In this document: positions 53,634-64,000 of the stretch, in pieces
Position numbering within the stretch: position 1 is the stretch's first letter
How the letters are laid out: every line of letters begins with the position of its first letter
Assembly: GCA_963758915.1 (NCBI GenBank)
Contig: CAVWXH010000015.1
Coordinates: 32,001-96,000 of the forward strand
From: an uncultured Methanomicrobiales archaeon
Lineage (GTDB): Archaea > Halobacteriota > Methanomicrobia > Methanomicrobiales > Methanospirillaceae
Reading direction: 5' to 3'
Length of the DNA stretch: 64,000 nucleotides
Position numbers and translations under genes: made by a program
The notes under the pieces: generated by a model
Told to the model about the DNA's origin: nothing
Database searches by the model: none
The model's input: only the letters and a program-made list of their open reading frames with translations

Positions 53634-55052
53634 ATGCTTGACACCGAGACCATTGTCCAGCGGTTCCTCGATACCAAATTACAGGTGCACCCTGAAGTGG
53701 TGAGATATCTCGCCGAAAAAGGGGACACCGACCTGCTGGAACGCGTGGTTTCTGCTGTCCCGGGTGACACCATAGTCGTGCTGGCACAGCATGTTCCGGG
53801 AATGGGTCTTTCAAAAGACGGGACGCGGTTTCTGACTGACCCGGAAGTCGAGATAATCAACGGCAGTGAGGGGTCGTCCGGGGGCGTCCTCGGGGTAGCA
53901 GATTATCTCCATTATTTCCGGCACCGTTATGATTGTCTCGGGGGGCTCATCCGGAGCAGGTGCAGTGCCATGCCCATCGAGGCATTGAAGAAGCCACGGT
54001 ACCGGGAGGAGAAATGCACGATTATCGGGCTTGTTTCAGAGGTAAAAAGCACCACAAAGGGTCACCGCCGGGTTGACGTGGAAGATGCGACAGGGACCGT
54101 GGCAGTACTCTTCAACAAGGACAGGCCGGGCTTTGCCGATGCTGAAACGTTGCTCCCGGATGAAGTCATAGGTGTGAAAGGGTCGCTCTCATCTGATGGA
54201 AAAATGCTGTTTGCTGACCAGCTCATGAGACCTGATATTCCCCACAGCCATGCACCTTATACGAGCGAAAGTCCCGGCAAAGCGGTGTTGATCTCTGATA
54301 TTCACGTGGGCAGTGACACATTTCTCGATGGTGCCTGGGACAGGTTTTCAGAATGGGTCCGCGGGGCGGATGTCTCCTATCTCCTGTGTGCGGGAGACCT
54401 TGTGGATGGGATCGGTATTTACCCGGGGCAGGAGGCAGAACTCACGATTAAGAACATCTACGAGCAGTATGACTTCCTCGGGGAACTGCTCCAGTCACTG
54501 CCGTCCCGGTTGAAAATTATCCTCGCTCCCGGCAACCACGATGTGGTCCGGGGGGCCGAACCACAACCCGCAATCCCGAGAAAATTTACCGGGAAATTCC
54601 CTGATAATTGTGTATTTGTCGAAAATCCGGCTCTCGTCAGCCTCCAGGGGGTCAGGGTGCTGATGTACCACGGGAGGTCAATCGACGACCAGATCGGGCT
54701 GACACCGGGTGCTTCGTACGAGAACCCGTCACCGATGATGGAGTGGATGCTCAAACGCCGCCACCTCGCACCTACGTACGGGAGAAAGACCCCAATCGCT
54801 GCTGACCGGCAGGACCACCTGATGATCGATCCCATCCCCGAAGTACTCATGACCGGCCATGTTCACGTAATGGGGATCGTCCAGTACCATGGAACACTTG
54901 CAATCAACGCAGGGACATGGCAGTCCCAGACAGCATTCCAGAAGCAGATGAATATCAATCCCACTCCTGCACGGGCGGTTGTCCTTGACCTGCAGACGCT
55001 GGCACCTACCATATATGACTTCAGTGGCGACGAAATGGTCGTTCTTGGATAA
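53634..55052 (+). CDS. polD1: DNA polymerase D small (proofreading) subunit DP1
   Basis: OB fold then ISDIHVGS, AGDLVDG, PGNHD, YHGRS, RRHLAP, GHVH phosphoesterase motifs. Confidence 0.93.
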   Translation: MLDTETIVQRFLDTKLQVHPEVVRYLAEKGDTDLLERVVSAVPGDTIVVLAQHVPGMGLSKDGTRFLTDPEVEIINGSEGSSGGVLGVADYLHYFRHRYDCLGGLIRSRCSAMPIEALKKPRYREEKCTIIGLVSEVKSTTKGHRRVDVEDATGTVAVLFNKDRPGFADAETLLPDEVIGVKGSLSSDGKMLFADQLMRPDIPHSHAPYTSESPGKAVLISDIHVGSDTFLDGAWDRFSEWVRGADVSYLLCAGDLVDGIGIYPGQEAELTIKNIYEQYDFLGELLQSLPSRLKIILAPGNHDVVRGAEPQPAIPRKFTGKFPDNCVFVENPALVSLQGVRVLMYHGRSIDDQIGLTPGASYENPSPMMEWMLKRRHLAPTYGRKTPIAADRQDHLMIDPIPEVLMTGHVHVMGIVQYHGTLAINAGTWQSQTAFQKQMNINPTPARAVVLDLQTLAPTIYDFSGDEMVVLG

Positions 55053-55219
55053 CGTTCATCCTCCTGACAAAGGATACCGGTAATGATGGTGACCATCATC
55101 ACCTGCTTTTATAAAAATACTATATGAAATGTCCTATTAAAAATCACGTTGCATCAGGTAGAGATTTTTTCCAAAAATAGGCAGATATCAGCCGGATAAA
55201 AAAAAATGTTGCCTGTTCA

Positions 55220-57277
55220 TCAGATGAACAGGGGTGCAAGTACCAGGGTAAGGGTCGCCAGGAGCTTGATAAGCACATGGAGGGAAGGTCCTGCAGTGTC
55301 TTTGAACGGGTCACCAACGGTGTCACCGACTACTGCAGCCTTGTGGGCCTCGCTTCCCTTGCCACCGAGTGCACCACTCTCGATGTATTTCTTGGCATTG
55401 TCCCATGCACCACCGCTGTTGTTCAGCACCAGTGCCATGAGGACACCGGTAATGGTGGCGACCATCAGGAAACCGGCCATTGCCTCGTATTTTAACGCAA
55501 AGCCGACAAACACGGGGAACGCGATTGCGATGAAACCCGGGAGGATCATGTTCTTGAGTGCACCTTTTGTGGTGATGTCAACACAACTTGCGTAGTCAGG
55601 TTTGACAGTCCCTTCAAGGATTCCCTTATCCTTGAACTGGCGCCTGACGTCCTGGATAATATACTGTGCAGTTTCTCCAACGGCCCTTATTGCAAGGGAC
55701 GCAAAGAGGAACACGAGCATCGCCCCAAGAAGTGCACCGACGAATACCGGAACAAGGGCCAGGTTTACACTGACAAAGGGCTTGCCGGTAAGTACCGTAA
55801 CCTCACCCATGTAGGCACTAAAGAGCAGGAACGCTGCAAGTGCTGCAGAACCCACGGCATACCCCTTGGTAAGTGCTTTCGTGGTGTTTCCTGCTGCATC
55901 GAGACGTGAGATCCTCTTCTGAGTCTCTTCGGACTCCCCGCTCATCTCAACAATACCACCGGCATTGTCAACGATAGGTCCGAACGTGTCCATCGCGAGG
56001 ATGTAGGCACAGGTGGAAAGCATACCGACTGTTGCAACCGCGGTACCGTAGAGACCACCATTGGTCACTCCGGACAATTCACCGAGCTTGAATGATACGA
56101 TCAGGGCAATGCCGATTGCAATAGCCGATATAGCGGTTGTTTCGAGACCGACCGCAAATCCTGAAATGATGTTCGTCCCGGGGCCGGTTTTTGAGGCTTC
56201 AGCAATTGACTTGACCGGGCGGTACTTGTGATCCGTGTAATAAAGAGTCAGGTATACGAACACGATGGAGAGAGCTATTCCGACAAGTCCCGCATAGAAG
56301 AACCAGATATTATTGAACAACCAGATCGTTGCGACATAGAGGAAGACCGCAGAAAGGATTGCCGTGACAAAAAACCCGCGGTATAATGCTTTCATCGGGT
56401 CTTCGTTGTCAGCGAGCTTCTCGGTGACAAAGAATATTCCCACGATCGTGGCAATCAGGCCGAAAGCCCCCATCACCAGCGGGAAAAGTATTCCGTTCAG
56501 ACCGAATACCGGGAAGAGCGCCACCCCGAGGATCATGGCCCCGATGTTCTCAGCGGCTGTCGATTCAAACAGGTCTGCTCCACGACCGGCGCAGTCACCG
56601 ACATTATCTCCAACAAGGTCGGCAATTACGGCCGGGTTTCTCGGGTCATCTTCCGGGATCCCAGCTTCAATCTTTCCTACAAGGTCAGCACCCACATCGG
56701 CAGCTTTCGTGTATATCCCACCGCCAAGCTGGGCAAAGAGTGCAATGAATGAAGCACCAAAGGCGAACCCGACGATAAGGAACGGGGTCGTAATGGGGTC
56801 TGCACCAAAGGCGTAGAATATTAACGAGACTCCAAGAAGCGAGAGGGATACGATGGTGAGACCTGATACGGCCCCACCCCTGAGCGCAAGAACAACCGAT
56901 TTTCCCGCATTCTTGGTTGCTGCCGCCGCCGAACGAAGATTTGCACGGACAGATATCCACATGCCGATAATGCCGGAGAGAGAGGAGAGAAATGCTCCCA
57001 GCAGGAATGCCACGGCGGTTTGCCAGGCAATTGTGAAGTTACCTGAGATCATGTATGCAGCAAACAGTAAAATCGCCACAACGATCGCGAGGACCGCAAT
57101 GGTCGAATACTGTCGCTTCAGGAAGGCTTCAGCCCCTTCACGGATGGCAGCCGCTACTTCGGCCATCTTCACGCTTCCGGTCTCTGCCCTGAGCACCTGC
57201 CGGGCAAAAAGCCCTGCAATGGCAAGTGCAACCAGGCATACCACCGAAATAAACACCAGTAAATTCAATTGGTACAA
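55220..57277 (-). CDS. hppA: Membrane H+-translocating pyrophosphatase, K+-independent type
   Basis: DVGADLVGKIE, EDDPRN, DLVGDNVGD, GDTVGDPFKD; GNTTK marks the K+-independent class. Confidence 0.93.
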   Translation of the reverse strand: MYQLNLLVFISVVCLVALAIAGLFARQVLRAETGSVKMAEVAAAIREGAEAFLKRQYSTIAVLAIVVAILLFAAYMISGNFTIAWQTAVAFLLGAFLSSLSGIIGMWISVRANLRSAAAATKNAGKSVVLALRGGAVSGLTIVSLSLLGVSLIFYAFGADPITTPFLIVGFAFGASFIALFAQLGGGIYTKAADVGADLVGKIEAGIPEDDPRNPAVIADLVGDNVGDCAGRGADLFESTAAENIGAMILGVALFPVFGLNGILFPLVMGAFGLIATIVGIFFVTEKLADNEDPMKALYRGFFVTAILSAVFLYVATIWLFNNIWFFYAGLVGIALSIVFVYLTLYYTDHKYRPVKSIAEASKTGPGTNIISGFAVGLETTAISAIAIGIALIVSFKLGELSGVTNGGLYGTAVATVGMLSTCAYILAMDTFGPIVDNAGGIVEMSGESEETQKRISRLDAAGNTTKALTKGYAVGSAALAAFLLFSAYMGEVTVLTGKPFVSVNLALVPVFVGALLGAMLVFLFASLAIRAVGETAQYIIQDVRRQFKDKGILEGTVKPDYASCVDITTKGALKNMILPGFIAIAFPVFVGFALKYEAMAGFLMVATITGVLMALVLNNSGGAWDNAKKYIESGALGGKGSEAHKAAVVGDTVGDPFKDTAGPSLHVLIKLLATLTLVLAPLFI

Positions 57278-57617
57278 CTATCGTCACCTCTCATAATTCG
57301 CATAATGAGATTCTGAAATTATTTCTTTTAAAATGGTAAAAAATATTGCCTGCACCATTATGCTGATATAAGAGGTCCTGGTACACCTGGTGTTCGGAAT
57401 ACTGCCCGTGAAATGGGATAACGGTGATTTTAACGGGTGATTGCTCCCGGATTTGCAAAAATAATAGGTACAGCTGTTACGGTCCGTTATTCCTAAAAAT
57501 GTGAACATTTCATCTGCCGCTCACGATGTTTTTTTTGCAATTACCTGGTACAATAATATTAAGATTGCTTATTCCCATGATTTATATGTCCAGCCAGACG
57601 AGAGGAAACTACCTGAA

Positions 57618-59969
57618 ATGAAAGCAAGGGTTAAGATCGACGAGTTGATTGGTGACGATATCAGGGCTCACGGGGTCGAACTCGATATCGGGCGGATCAT
57701 CAGGGGGTGGGAGGAGAGACCTGGCCCTACGCGTATGCCGGGTATCGGGGATCTCCGGGAATGGGACCATAAACTCCTGAAGAAATACCCACCCCATTAT
57801 CTCCCGTTCTGTGACCTTTGCTGCCTATGCACCATGGGAAAATGTGACCTTTCCCGGGGGAAGCGCGGGGCCTGCGGGATAGATATGGCCGCACAGCAGT
57901 CCCGTATCGTGCTGCTCTCGGCATCAATAGGAACCGCAACGCATACGGGGCACGCACGTCATCTTCTCGAACACCTGATCGAAACATCGGGCCGTGACCA
58001 CCATCTCGATATTGGCGCGTCTGTAAACCTGGAAGCCCCGAATATCAGGCTTGTAACCGGAATTAAGCCGATTACCCTTGGAGATCTCGAAGATGTGCTC
58101 GATTATTGCGAGAAGGAGATTACCCAGCTCCTCGCCTGCTGCCATACCGGGCAGGAAGGTAATAATATCGATTTTGAGTCCAAGGTCTTCCATGCAGGGA
58201 TGATCGATCACGTCGCAATGGAAGCTGCCGACATCGCACAGATATCATCATTTAATTTCCCAAAAGGTGACCCGGTGGCAGCACTCGTTGATATCGGTAT
58301 CGGTTGCGTGGACCCCGCCAAACCCTCAATTCTTGTCATTGGCCATAACGTAGCCCCTTCGGTTGAGATCACGGATTACATGCGCGAACACGGTCTTGAG
58401 GATGCAATTGACCTGGCCGGGATCTGCTGTACCGCCCTTGATCTCACACGATACAATAACCAGGCAAAGATTGTCGGCCCTCTCTCGCACCAGATACGGT
58501 TTATTCGTTACGGGGGCGCTGATGTAATCGTAATCGATGAACAGTGTGTCAGAACGGATGTGGTGATTGAAGCGGAAAAAGTAAATGCACCGGTAATAGC
58601 GACAAGTTGTAAAAACTTCCAGGGGCTCCCGGACAGGACCCGTGACACGGTCGACAGCATTGTCGGGGATATTATCAATGGTAAAAGCATTGGTGCAGCA
58701 ATTCTCGACCCTGTAAAGGCAGGTGAGGTGGCAGTCCGCCTTGCAACGGCCATGTTCCCGAAAAGGAAAAAATTCCGTGCGATTCCTGACGAGGCCACCA
58801 TTGCCGCTGCCGCAAAGACCTGTGGCGGGTGTGACAACTGCAGGAGGGTATGTCCCAATGATCTCCCCCTTGCAGAGGCTATCGCAGCTGCCGGGAAGGG
58901 AAACCTGAGCCTCCTCGGTGAACTGTACGAGTCGTGTATCGGTTGTACAAGGTGTGAAGGTGAAGGTGTCTGCGCAAAGGGCCTCATGCCCCACACGATG
59001 ATCCTCGGTGCATCACGGATCCGGATGGGGAAAGAGAAGTTCCGGGTCCGGTGCGGAAGGGGACCAATACAGGACACTGAGATCCGCGCAGTCGGCGGCC
59101 CGATTGTGATGGGTGAAGTCCCGGGTGTACTCGGGATGGTCGGGTGTTCGAATAACCCGGGCTCATGGAAGGATGTAGGCTTTATCGCTGAAGAATTCTT
59201 AAAAAGGCGTTATATTGTGACCACCTCGGGCTGTGCCGCAATGCAGATCGGTATGTATACGACAGAAGACGGGCTGGGACTCTATGAGGCGTACCCCGGG
59301 ACCTTCGATGCGGGAGGTCTCGTCAACTGCGGTTCCTGCGTTTCAAACGCCCACATATCGGGGGCTGCGATTAAAATCGCGAGCATTTTTGCGAGAAGAC
59401 AGTTGAATTCAAATTATGAAGAGATCGCAGATTATGTCCATAACCGTGTCGGGGCTGTCGGGATCGCATGGGGTGCGATGTCCCAGAAGGCATCTTCCAT
59501 TGCTGCAGGGTTCTGGCGTCTCGGAATACCCGTCATCGTCGGACCGCACGGCGCAAAATACCGGAGAATGCTCCTAGGCCGGAAGGACCACGACGAGGAC
59601 TGGGAGGTTATTGATGCAAGGACCGGGGAACGGGTCTACGCAGCACCCACTCCTGAGCACCTGTTCGCCGTCGCCGAGACACGTGAAGAAGCAATGGTGC
59701 TCATACCGAAACTCTGCATGAGGCCAAGCGACACGACAAAGGGCAGGTCTATCAAGCTGAACCATTACATCGATCTCCACAGGAAATTCTTCGGGGTTAT
59801 GCCGGATGATATGCACCTGTTTGTGCGTACCACCGCTGATATTCCGGTGGCGATGAAGGATGACATCCAGAAAGCCCTGCGACAGACAGACTGGAAAGAA
59901 GGTGATGGCCGTATCCCTGACCCTACCCTGCTACCCCGGCTGGTACGAAAAGGGGGTGGGGCAGATTGA
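57618..59969 (+). CDS. cdhA: CODH/ACS complex alpha subunit (CO dehydrogenase)
   Basis: CDLCCLCTMGKC, IGHN, GICCT, DEQC, two ferredoxin motifs, GCSN, SGC, GSCVSN. Start placed at MKARV. Confidence 0.95.
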   Translation: MKARVKIDELIGDDIRAHGVELDIGRIIRGWEERPGPTRMPGIGDLREWDHKLLKKYPPHYLPFCDLCCLCTMGKCDLSRGKRGACGIDMAAQQSRIVLLSASIGTATHTGHARHLLEHLIETSGRDHHLDIGASVNLEAPNIRLVTGIKPITLGDLEDVLDYCEKEITQLLACCHTGQEGNNIDFESKVFHAGMIDHVAMEAADIAQISSFNFPKGDPVAALVDIGIGCVDPAKPSILVIGHNVAPSVEITDYMREHGLEDAIDLAGICCTALDLTRYNNQAKIVGPLSHQIRFIRYGGADVIVIDEQCVRTDVVIEAEKVNAPVIATSCKNFQGLPDRTRDTVDSIVGDIINGKSIGAAILDPVKAGEVAVRLATAMFPKRKKFRAIPDEATIAAAAKTCGGCDNCRRVCPNDLPLAEAIAAAGKGNLSLLGELYESCIGCTRCEGEGVCAKGLMPHTMILGASRIRMGKEKFRVRCGRGPIQDTEIRAVGGPIVMGEVPGVLGMVGCSNNPGSWKDVGFIAEEFLKRRYIVTTSGCAAMQIGMYTTEDGLGLYEAYPGTFDAGGLVNCGSCVSNAHISGAAIKIASIFARRQLNSNYEEIADYVHNRVGAVGIAWGAMSQKASSIAAGFWRLGIPVIVGPHGAKYRRMLLGRKDHDEDWEVIDARTGERVYAAPTPEHLFAVAETREEAMVLIPKLCMRPSDTTKGRSIKLNHYIDLHRKFFGVMPDDMHLFVRTTADIPVAMKDDIQKALRQTDWKEGDGRIPDPTLLPRLVRKGGGAD

Positions 59970-60511
59970 CCGGTGATGAACCATGGCAGCGGTATGAGGT
60001 CCCGGGCAGCACCCAGTCAACGGTGGTTACAAAACCGGCTGTTATTGCAGCCCTGCTGAAAAAAGCATTACACCCGCTTATCGTTGTTGCCCATCATGCA
60101 GGGGCTCCGGCTGGCGCTGCAGGAAACCCCGTCGATACCATCATCCGTATTGCAGATGCAGGAAAGATTTCGGTTATTACGACACCATCAACCGCTCAGG
60201 CATTCAGGAAACGTGGTTTTACCCCGACCGCTACACTTTCAATAATGGAAATCGGATCACGGCTGAATGATCCGGAATGGAGCATCAGCGATGACCACCA
60301 GCACCCCGACCTCGTCCTGTTTATCGGTTTCCCCTATAGTATGGGATGGCTGCTCCAGTCAGGACTGAAATCATTCGCTCCGAAAGGGATCAGGTTTATT
60401 TCAATCGATCAGCGGTACCAGCCACATTGCACACTCTCATTTCCAAACCAGAGCAGGGATGAATGGTTGACAAACCTGAATGCAATCGCCGATGAGGTCG
60501 GCTGCACATGA
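59966..60511 (+). CDS. cdhB: CODH/ACS epsilon subunit
   Basis: KKALHPLIVV, DPEW, DLVLFIG, SIDQRYQP...SFPN; position in operon. Confidence 0.88.
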   Translation: MTGDEPWQRYEVPGSTQSTVVTKPAVIAALLKKALHPLIVVAHHAGAPAGAAGNPVDTIIRIADAGKISVITTPSTAQAFRKRGFTPTATLSIMEIGSRLNDPEWSISDDHQHPDLVLFIGFPYSMGWLLQSGLKSFAPKGIRFISIDQRYQPHCTLSFPNQSRDEWLTNLNAIADEVGCT

Positions 60512-61899
60512 CAACCGAAGGGATGTTTTCGGATATCCCGGTCGAAATCGGGGTCGTTTATGAAGGGGAACGTATTCGAAAACAAACGATGCATGTAGAG
60601 CTCGGAGGGCCACAGGTAAAAGAAAAATTTGAGATCCTCCGGGTGAAAAAACCGGAGGAGGTCCACGATGGGGAAGTACGGTTACTCGGTCCCGATCTTT
60701 CCGAGATGGCGGTTGGTGGAGCTATCCCCTTTGGTATCTGCGTTGAGGTTGCCGGTGCCCAGCTGGAGGCTGACATGGAAGCGGTCATGGAACGCCGTAT
60801 CCACGACTTCTGTAACTGGATCGAGGGGTTCATGCACCTGAACCAGAGGGACGGGATCTGGCTGCGGGTCGATAAAAAGGCGGTTGCCCGGGGCCTTACT
60901 CTCAACCATGTCGGAACCATACTGATCCGGCTTTTCCGTAGTGCTCTCCCAATTATCGACCGGATCAGCGTTACGTTGATCACCGATCCGGCGCTCGTGC
61001 ACCGCTGGCATACCGCAGCGGTACAGACCTACGAGGAACGCGACGCCAGAACGCGGGGCATGACCGATGAGGATGTGGATGTCTTCTATGGGTGTTCACT
61101 CTGCCAGTCATTTGCCCCCTCCCATGTCTGCGTGATCACCCCGGAGCGGTACGCCAACTGCGGTGCGATCAGCTGGCTCGACGGCCGGGCTGCCTCACGG
61201 GTTGACCCGAGGGGCCCGATTTACGAGATCCTGAAAGGAGTGTGCATTGACCCCGAAACCGGAGAATATGAAGGTGTAAACCGTGTTGTCAAGGAAAAAT
61301 CACTCTCTGATGTATCGAGAGTCCAGTTGTATACGGCGTTTGGTTATCCCCATACCTCGTGCGGGTGCTTTGAATGCACGACGTTTTATGTCCCTGAATG
61401 TGATGGCCTTGGGATTGTAAACCGGGACTTCCGGGGTGTGACCCCGACAGGACTGAGTTTCGGTTCCATTGCGGACTCAACAGGTGGCGGGAGGCAGGTG
61501 GATGGTTTCCACGGGCTCTCTTTCGAGTACATGAGGTCCCCGCGGTTTCTGCGGGCAAGTGGCGGATGGGAGCGGATCGTGTGGATGCCCTCTGATGTGC
61601 GGGAAAAACTGAAGGCATTTATCCCGTCCGACCTGTACGACCAGATCGCCACTGAAAAAGATGTAACATCCATGGATGAAATGATGGTTTTTCTCAGGGC
61701 ACACCATCATCCGATCATTGGCAGGACCGCGGGTGCTGAACTTAACATTTCAGATACTGCCGGGACCACTACTGAAAGCAAACGGGAAATTCGTGATGCC
61801 CGTTCCTTATCACAGGGGCCAGGGGCTGGCGTCTCGATTACGTTTCATAATATCCGGCTCCACGCGGACCGGGTGTTTGTAAGAAAAGGGAGGAAATAA
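60508..61899 (+). CDS. cdhC: CODH/ACS beta subunit (acetyl-CoA synthase)
   Basis: YEGERIR, ERRIH, CSLCQSFAPSHVC, HTSCGCFE. Confidence 0.95.
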   Translation: MTTEGMFSDIPVEIGVVYEGERIRKQTMHVELGGPQVKEKFEILRVKKPEEVHDGEVRLLGPDLSEMAVGGAIPFGICVEVAGAQLEADMEAVMERRIHDFCNWIEGFMHLNQRDGIWLRVDKKAVARGLTLNHVGTILIRLFRSALPIIDRISVTLITDPALVHRWHTAAVQTYEERDARTRGMTDEDVDVFYGCSLCQSFAPSHVCVITPERYANCGAISWLDGRAASRVDPRGPIYEILKGVCIDPETGEYEGVNRVVKEKSLSDVSRVQLYTAFGYPHTSCGCFECTTFYVPECDGLGIVNRDFRGVTPTGLSFGSIADSTGGGRQVDGFHGLSFEYMRSPRFLRASGGWERIVWMPSDVREKLKAFIPSDLYDQIATEKDVTSMDEMMVFLRAHHHPIIGRTAGAELNISDTAGTTTESKREIRDARSLSQGPGAGVSITFHNIRLHADRVFVRKGRK

Positions 61900-63075
61900 A
61901 TGGAAAACGGGCAGGATGCACTGATCCGGAGCCTGATAAAACTCCTTGCGGGTGATGGCGAATTAGAACTGGAAGGTGTCACGCTGACGGCAAAGGAGCT
62001 CACGGTCTCTTTGGCAGATCTTTCGGGGTTCCAGGCGGTTACCGGCCTTGTGCCGGTGCCGGCTCCATTGGCCGGGCTTGTGGATATAGGGTATACTGCT
62101 CCGGTCCGTTCGTACCCTGGAAAAATCCGGGAAGTAATACTCGGATCAACCCGGGGAGACGGCGGAAGCCGCGTGAAATCGGTGGCCATCGGGGGGGCAT
62201 CAAAGCCACCATTCCACTTGTTCGAGGGGACAGACCCCCATTCCCCTGTGGTCGCCGGGAGTGTATTCGATATTGTCCCACCGCTCCCTGGCCCGGTTAA
62301 AGAATCGTTCGGGGATGCCCTCGAGGACCCCTGTGCCTGGGCAAAGGCCTGGGTCGACCGCTATGGCGCAGACTTAATCGACCTTGACCTGATCAGCACA
62401 GACCCGTACCTCAAGGATACCCCCGTGAAGCGTGCCGTCAGCCTTGTTGAAGACCTCCTCCAGGCAGTGGATGTGCCACTCATCATCGGCGGATCGGGAA
62501 ATCCGGAGAAAGATGCAAAACTCCTTCCTAAAGTAGCTGAAGTATGTGCCGGGGAACGGATCCTTCTTTCATCAGCCACCATGAGCATGTGGGAACCGGT
62601 GGCAAAGGCCGCACAGGAATTTAACCATGTTGTCCTCGCCTGGAGCCCGATTGATATTAACCAGGCCAAGGAGCTGAACCGCAAGCTGATGGGGTACCTG
62701 CCTCCCGACCAGATCATCATGGACCCGACATCTGCGGCACTCGGGTACGGACTGGAGTATTCGTTCTCGGTAATGGAACGCATACGTTACGCAGGCCTGA
62801 TGGGCGACAAAGAGCTCCAGTGCCCGATGGCTTCAGGGACTGCAAATTCATGGGGTGCACGCGAGGCCTGGAAACGGGATGCGGGACTTGGACCCCGGGA
62901 GTACCGGGGCCCGTTGTGGGAAACAACCGGAGCCCTTGCATTCCTCCTTGCAGGTATTGACCTGTTTATCATGGTACATCCCGGAGGGGCAAGGACTATT
63001 GAGGACATCGTCGGATGGCTTGCAGATGGAATAAACCCCCCGACGTTCCCTGATTTTATCGGGGTGGGGCATTAG
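61900..63075 (+). CDS. cdhD: CODH/ACS delta subunit (CFeSP small)
   Basis: ISTDP, PLIIGGSGNPEKD, MDPT..ALGYGLEY, NSWGAREAW, GPLWE. Confidence 0.93.
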   Translation: MENGQDALIRSLIKLLAGDGELELEGVTLTAKELTVSLADLSGFQAVTGLVPVPAPLAGLVDIGYTAPVRSYPGKIREVILGSTRGDGGSRVKSVAIGGASKPPFHLFEGTDPHSPVVAGSVFDIVPPLPGPVKESFGDALEDPCAWAKAWVDRYGADLIDLDLISTDPYLKDTPVKRAVSLVEDLLQAVDVPLIIGGSGNPEKDAKLLPKVAEVCAGERILLSSATMSMWEPVAKAAQEFNHVVLAWSPIDINQAKELNRKLMGYLPPDQIIMDPTSAALGYGLEYSFSVMERIRYAGLMGDKELQCPMASGTANSWGAREAWKRDAGLGPREYRGPLWETTGALAFLLAGIDLFIMVHPGGARTIEDIVGWLADGINPPTFPDFIGVGH

Positions 63076-63085
63076 GAGGGACAAA

Positions 63086-64000
63086 ATGACGAAGAAGAAA
63101 CTAGGCCCGATGAATCTTTACCCGCTCCTTCCCCGCACCAACTGTGGGGAGTGTCTCCCTAAGACCTGCATGGGGTTTGCTGTCCAGCTCTGTGAGCGGG
63201 GCCTGACACTTGCCCAGTGTCCCCCGCTTGTAGACCCAAAATTCCAGGTAAACCTCGAAAAACTCGAGGCACTCCTTGCCCCACCGGTAAAAGAGGTAGC
63301 GATTGGCAGGGGGGGCCGGGAGATCAGGGTCGGGGGTCAGCTCGTCATCCACCGCCACGAGCTCCGCTACTTTAACAAGACTGCGATCTTCACGACGGTG
63401 GATGACACGATGGCCGCAGATGATATTGCTAACCGTGTCAGGGAGACCAGTTCGTTTTCTTATCCTTATATCGGTCAAACCCTGAAGCTTGATGGTATCA
63501 CCATCCGTTCGATTTCCGGTGATGCCGACAGCTTTCGAAAAACTGTTGAGATGGTGAAGGGGCAGACAGAGATGCCACTGGTCCTCTGGTCATCTGATCC
63601 GGTTATCATGGCGGCCGGACTCGGGGTGGCAGGAGAGAGCAGACCACTCATATACGCCGCCGATGAATTAAACTGGGAACAGATGGCTGAACTGGCCATT
63701 GATTCCGGATGCCCCCTTGCAGTCCATGCCGATGGAAATGTCGGTACAATACGGTCGCTTATCTCTGCAATTTCAGACAGGGGAGTTAAAAATCTCCTTA
63801 TTGACCCGGGGTGTGGGTTCGGGGAGGCGCTTCCGAGGTCTCTCGATAACATGACCATGATCAGGACTTCGGCAATTTCCGGCGATGATTCACTGCTGGG
63901 GCACCCCCTTATAGGTTCCCCGGTGACCCTCTGGGACCAGGGAAATTCCCTCCCGGATGAGTCAATCCGTTGGATGGAGTCCTGCCTTGCATCAATGATG
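63086..64000 (+). CDS. cdhE: CODH/ACS gamma subunit (CFeSP large), runs off the window
   Basis: AGGAGG RBS; MTKKKLGPMNLYPLLPRTNCGECLPKTCMGFA...CPPL...PPVKEV...HRHE. Not in the ORF track. Confidence 0.93.
   Translation, partial: MTKKKLGPMNLYPLLPRTNCGECLPKTCMGFAVQLCERGLTLAQCPPLVDPKFQVNLEKLEALLAPPVKEVAIGRGGREIRVGGQLVIHRHELRYFNKTAIFTTVDDTMAADDIANRVRETSSFSYPYIGQTLKLDGITIRSISGDADSFRKTVEMVKGQTEMPLVLWSSDPVIMAAGLGVAGESRPLIYAADELNWEQMAELAIDSGCPLAVHADGNVGTIRSLISAISDRGVKNLLIDPGCGFGEALPRSLDNMTMIRTSAISGDDSLLGHPLIGSPVTLWDQGNSLPDESIRWMESCLASMM

Overview
Archaeal chromosomal segment, mostly housekeeping, from a hydrogenotrophic methanogen. Gene content (tfrAB, tandem cofH, cdhABCDE, PolD small subunit, archaeal riboflavin synthase, TrpB2) suggests Methanomicrobiales, possibly Methanoregula/Methanolinea-like; the taxonomy is inferred. 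In order: partial aspartate kinase, thiol:fumarate reductase, an orphan DNA methyltransferase, an oxidative-stress cluster, cbiMNQO, argC-CBS-argJ-argB, acs with an MFS transporter, a second anchorless SdhAB-like pair, a Yip1/S-layer-domain/ABC operon ending in a stand-alone condensation-domain protein, ribC-ribH, purE, thiC, two cofH split by an islet, polD1, H+-PPase and a CODH/ACS operon running off the right edge. The main non-genic signal is four diverged, same-orientation copies of a 265-418 bp intergenic element with IS903-like terminal inverted repeats, decayed 9-bp target duplications and conserved hairpins: a modular MITE family, possibly with conserved structure. ribC carries a +1 frameshift. 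A 42-aa desulforedoxin-like ORF and an Isf pseudogene are not resolved by the ORF track. No tRNA, rRNA or CRISPR array was seen. All calls are by eye from motifs; no searches were run.
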